From NCBI GenBank assembly GCA_963836235.1, contig CAWIIP010000002.1:1216001-1280000 (forward strand): a stretch of DNA of 64,000 nucleotides, given 5' to 3'. Below the pieces are notes generated by a model. That model saw only the letters and a program-made list of their open reading frames with translations, ran no database searches and had not been told where the DNA came from. Source of the stretch: an uncultured Pseudomonadota bacterium. GTDB lineage: Bacteria > Oederibacteriota > Muellerivitia > Muellerivitales > Muellerivitaceae. Below are positions 60,219 through 64,000 of the stretch, piece by piece (within the stretch, counting starts at the first letter, position 1; every line of letters begins with the position of its first letter). The position numbers and the translations under genes are program-made.

Positions 60219-62351
60219 TTGAAACCCTTAACCATTGATTTGAATCCCCAAAAAGTTCCCTGGGTTTATTTTGGACTCTTTTGCGCCACCCTCTTCCTAC
60301 TTTCCTCTACGGCCCTGCCTTTCGCGGTCCAATCGTCGGTCGGGATGATGGGTCTAGCCCTGCCCTTTTACCTGGCCCTGCGGAGTACCTCCAAACCGGG
60401 GCTCCAGGAACAACCGGCCTACTTAAGGGAACTAAAGCTTTTTCCCCCACTTTTGATCGGAATGGTAGGCCTTTATTCTGCCGTTTTTCTCCGTTTTTAC
60501 CGTTTAGAAAGCCTCTTTTGCTGGCCCAACCTGGACGAGGGATGGATTGGAACCATCGCGCTAGAACTTTCACGCCACTGGTCCTGGAAATTCTTTTACA
60601 CCTTTGGGGAAGCCCCGCCTCTGACGATTTGGTCGGTGGCCCTTCTGTTCAAGCTGGGGTTTCCCCCCGCTTTCAGCCTTTGGCTCCCGTCCGCTTTGGT
60701 TTCACTTCTCACCCTGGTCACCGGTTATTGGGCCGCGCGCCAATGGTTTTCCAGGTCCTTTTCGATGGTTGGCGCGGGCTTGCTGGCCTTCAGCTATTGG
60801 CCCCTTCTTCTGGGACGGCTCTGCCACCAGGGTATCTGGCTTCCTGGGTGGGTTTGCCTTTGCCTGGGGGCCTGGGGGGGCTTTAACCGGGCCGGGGGGA
60901 AATCGACTAAAAGAAACTGGGCTATAAGCATGGGAATCGCGATGGGTTTGGGCTCTTTTATTTTTACGCCCTGGCCGGTCGTGGCTTTCGTCTTTCTGGC
61001 TTCGATCTTTTGGGCCTGGGTCATCCGTCCGGGAAAAAATCTCCTCTATTTTCTGCTGGCCCTTGGCTCGATGGGAATCACCTTGGTTCCCTTTACATTG
61101 GCGGTCTTCCGGGAAGGATACGGAACTCATATCCTTTCCTTGTCCCTCTGGGGCGGTTGGTACCATTCTTCCAAATTGCTTCCAAACACTCTGGATTATC
61201 TCACCATGCTTTTGGGGGGAGTCGGCGATCCGGAACCGGCCTACACACCGGTAAGCGGTGGATTCCTGAACCCTTTCTTGGGTTCATTTTTTTTCTTAGG
61301 AACGATGGAATTATTCCGGTTCCGGCAGAATCTGGCAGTCAAATGGATGGCCGTCGCTTTTTTCATTTTTCTGCTTCCGGGAGCCTTGTCTCTAAACGTC
61401 GAAACCTTTCGGGTGGCCCAGGTTCTCCCCTTGGTTCTTTTTATTTGCGCCACTGGAATCCAATCGGCTTTGGAAACGGTGCCTTCCCAAAGACAATGGA
61501 TGTTCCTGGCGGCCTTCTTTTTAATCTCCGGCACGCTGGACTTCCATCTTCTGGCTTCCCCCTATGAAAACCCAGACCAGCACCCTGAAAATTTCGGCCG
61601 CCCCGTGAGATCCTTGGAACGCTACCGCGCTTATCAAATGTTGGATGAAGTTCAAAAGACCAGGGGTCCGGGATTTGTCCTTTCCGATTTCGATAACGAT
61701 TCTTTCAATGACCCGACTCTTTCGCTGATGACCTACCCCTTCAATGCCGCCCGTAATGCTTCCCTGTCCCAGGAACTGGCCGCTCAAAAACAATCCCCGA
61801 AGTGGCTGGCTGTCTTCGTGAACGCCCATTACGAACCCTTCTTGAAAAAAAGGTTTCCCGAAGGGGAATGGTTGATGGTTTCGAAGGGGCTTTCCCTGCC
61901 CGATGGCGGGGATATGCTGGGGATTCTTCCGATGACAACGCAAAACGCCCAAACCCTTTATGCCTGGTACGGGGTCCATAGTGTTTTCCAGGCGGCCGAC
62001 CGGCGGAGATTCCTCCAAAACAATGAAAGCTTTTCCCCGGTCATCCAAATGTTGGAAACCGCCTCTCCCTCCCTGAAAGGCGACCCCTTCCTGGAGTCCG
62101 TCTATTGGGATAAGCGGGCCGCCTATGAATATGTGGCCCTGGATTACGGCCAACAGCTTTATTCCTACCAAATGGCCATCCAGGGAGGTTATCCCACCGC
62201 CGAGTTTTACTATAAATTGGGCGAATTACTCCGGGTCAAAGGGCATCTGGCCGAGGCCCAGGAAGCCTATTGGAAAGCCACCCGGGCCCCCCTGGATTTA
62301 ACCCCCTCCGCCCAAATCCTGGCCGCGTTAAAAAACCAATTCCAAAATTAA
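60219..62351 (+). CDS. GT-C (family 39/ArnT-like) glycosyltransferase with C-terminal TPR
   Basis: LRFYRL...NLDEG, PPL, many TMs; start uncertain. Confidence 0.78.
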   Translation: MKPLTIDLNPQKVPWVYFGLFCATLFLLSSTALPFAVQSSVGMMGLALPFYLALRSTSKPGLQEQPAYLRELKLFPPLLIGMVGLYSAVFLRFYRLESLFCWPNLDEGWIGTIALELSRHWSWKFFYTFGEAPPLTIWSVALLFKLGFPPAFSLWLPSALVSLLTLVTGYWAARQWFSRSFSMVGAGLLAFSYWPLLLGRLCHQGIWLPGWVCLCLGAWGGFNRAGGKSTKRNWAISMGIAMGLGSFIFTPWPVVAFVFLASIFWAWVIRPGKNLLYFLLALGSMGITLVPFTLAVFREGYGTHILSLSLWGGWYHSSKLLPNTLDYLTMLLGGVGDPEPAYTPVSGGFLNPFLGSFFFLGTMELFRFRQNLAVKWMAVAFFIFLLPGALSLNVETFRVAQVLPLVLFICATGIQSALETVPSQRQWMFLAAFFLISGTLDFHLLASPYENPDQHPENFGRPVRSLERYRAYQMLDEVQKTRGPGFVLSDFDNDSFNDPTLSLMTYPFNAARNASLSQELAAQKQSPKWLAVFVNAHYEPFLKKRFPEGEWLMVSKGLSLPDGGDMLGILPMTTQNAQTLYAWYGVHSVFQAADRRRFLQNNESFSPVIQMLETASPSLKGDPFLESVYWDKRAAYEYVALDYGQQLYSYQMAIQGGYPTAEFYYKLGELLRVKGHLAEAQEAYWKATRAPLDLTPSAQILAALKNQFQN

Positions 62352-62417
62352 AAAGGGTTGGCCGGGCCTTAAAAACCGGGTTATGATTTCCCAACTTTCA
62401 GTTCCGGAGTTTGATCG

Positions 62418-63176
62418 ATGAAACATTTTATTTGTGCCGTAGCTTTAACTTTGGCGGGAGCCCTTTTCTGTTCCCGTTGCTACGCGGAAACTTCCAAGAA
62501 AATCGAATCGAATTTGGCCGATTTGGTCAAACAGCCCAATTATCACTGGCAGAAATCCTGTAATACCGAGGGCCTTACTATTTATTGGTCCAAGGTCGAC
62601 GGAAGCAAGGTCATCGCCTTCAAGGGCGAGGGTATCGTGGACGCGCCTATTGAAAAAGTCGCCTCCATCATCATCGACACGACACGCGCCATGGAATGGA
62701 TCGACAGCTTGGTGGCTTCCAAAGTGGTGCGCAACATCTCTCCCACCGAATTCATCGAGTACGACCATGTGGGCATCCCCTTTCCTTTTGACACGGTCAT
62801 GTCGGACCGGGATTTTGTCTCCCATGTCTTTCTTTCCTCCGATCCGCTGACCCAGCGGATTACGGTCAGTTACATGCCCACCGAGGACGATCAGGCCCCG
62901 GTCCTGAAAAAATACACCCGTGGAACGATGATCTGCGTTTTCAAGATGGTCCCCATGAGCATGCCCGACGAGACTTACGTTGAGGCGGAAATCCATTGCG
63001 ACCCCAAGGGAGCCGTTCCTAAATGGTTGGTGAATTTTTTCCAGGAAGGCTGGCCCCAGACGACTTTTGAGACTTTGAGGAAACAGGCGAGGAAGTTGGA
63101 CATCCAAGAGCTTCCGGTAGTGGAGAATCTGCTTCAAAAAAGTGCCGTCAACCTCGCTAAGAACGAAAAAAACTAA
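62418..63176 (+). CDS. Exported START-domain lipid-binding protein
   Basis: PFP...SDRDFV, DPKGAVPKWLVN. Confidence 0.88.
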   Translation: MKHFICAVALTLAGALFCSRCYAETSKKIESNLADLVKQPNYHWQKSCNTEGLTIYWSKVDGSKVIAFKGEGIVDAPIEKVASIIIDTTRAMEWIDSLVASKVVRNISPTEFIEYDHVGIPFPFDTVMSDRDFVSHVFLSSDPLTQRITVSYMPTEDDQAPVLKKYTRGTMICVFKMVPMSMPDETYVEAEIHCDPKGAVPKWLVNFFQEGWPQTTFETLRKQARKLDIQELPVVENLLQKSAVNLAKNEKN

Positions 63177-63209
63177 AAATCTTTTTCACCATTGAGGCGC
63201 CAAAGGCTT

Positions 63210-63713
63210 TTACCTTGCCGTCAAAATCTCCCTGATCTTCTCATCATCCAGAATCATGTACATTTCGTAGTGGTGCAGGTCGGGGCCATAATAATTTTGG
63301 GTGATGCGGTAGGTTTTAAAACCCTTCTTCATGAAAAACTCCACACTGTGCTGGGTGGCGTCCAGACGGATAAGCTTCATTTTTGGAATTTGCGCCAACT
63401 TGGAAAGTCGGTTCCATAACATGAACTGGCCGATTCCGTGGCCGTGCCAATCCTTGTGAACCATGCCCCAGCAAAGGGTAGCCGCGCCCCCGTCCAACCC
63501 TAAGGCGTAGCCTCCTCCCCCGATGACCTGGCGGCCGTCGTCTTCCACTAAAAGATAATCCTGCGGGAACTCATCAAGGTAGGCGAAGAACTTTTCCTTT
63601 TCGGCGGACAGGAAATACTTGGGCATATTGCTCTCAAAGACCTTCAGGCAGGCACTCTTGTCGGAAGTCTGATAGGGACGGAACCGCCATGGGGGGGTGA
63701 GAGGGGCATTCAT
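63210..63713 (-). CDS. GNAT acetyltransferase
   Basis: WGMVHKDWHGHGIG, FFMKKGF. Confidence 0.88.
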   Translation of the reverse strand: MNAPLTPPWRFRPYQTSDKSACLKVFESNMPKYFLSAEKEKFFAYLDEFPQDYLLVEDDGRQVIGGGGYALGLDGGAATLCWGMVHKDWHGHGIGQFMLWNRLSKLAQIPKMKLIRLDATQHSVEFFMKKGFKTYRITQNYYGPDLHHYEMYMILDDEKIREILTAR

Positions 63714-63745
63714 TCCCGCAACTCCTGAAAAAGAGCGTTTAAATT

Positions 63746-64000
63746 CTAGTCGAGGTAGGCGTCGGCCTCGATTTCGATCATCATTTCCGGATCAATCAGT
63801 TTAGCGACTTCCACGATGGTCATGGCGGGGCGGATTTCGCCAAAAATCTCGCCATGGGCCTTTCCGAACTTCTCCCACTCGGTGATCTTGGTGACGAACA
63901 AACGGGTTCGCACGACGTTCTTAAAGTCGCCTCCCGCTTTTTGAAGACCCGCTTGAAGATTTTTCAAGGCTTGGACGGTCTGGGCATAGGGGTCTCCTAC
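63746..64000 (-). CDS. RidA family protein (5' truncated by window edge)
   Basis: VVRTRLFVT, IRPAMT, IEIEADA. Confidence 0.9.
   Translation of the reverse strand, partial: VGDPYAQTVQALKNLQAGLQKAGGDFKNVVRTRLFVTKITEWEKFGKAHGEIFGEIRPAMTIVEVAKLIDPEMMIEIEADAYLD

Overview
Gene-dense window of moderately high GC from a diderm bacterium. It is mostly metabolic and envelope genes: the oxidative pentose phosphate cluster (tkt, pgl-opcA-zwf), cysH, gpsA, aroK, cobB, an acyl-CoA dehydrogenase, NodIJ-like ABC and EmrAB-TolC-MarR exporters, an OmpR-type two-component pair, msrA and an NCS2 permease. Many secreted proteins carry Thr/Pro-rich linkers, two with a FlgD-Ig/T9SS-CTD-like C-terminus; this resembles poorly characterised lineages such as candidate division FCPU426 (inference only). 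I found no rRNA, tRNA, CRISPR array, integrase or DDE transposase. The most notable structure is an AT-rich GxxExxY PD-(D/E)XK nuclease gene bracketed by ~32-bp inverted repeats. Near-identical repeats recur without the gene in two other intergenic spacers, and a variant family in a third, suggesting an autonomous/non-autonomous mobile system. Other findings: a ~100-bp direct repeat of a gene 3' end plus terminator flanking a lipoprotein gene, an AUR1-like PAP2 fused to a degenerate PEP-synthase ATP-grasp domain, several further palindromic repeat families, an AT-rich DEDDy exonuclease insert and a divergent orphan PstS. Family assignments come from motif recognition by eye; no searches were run.
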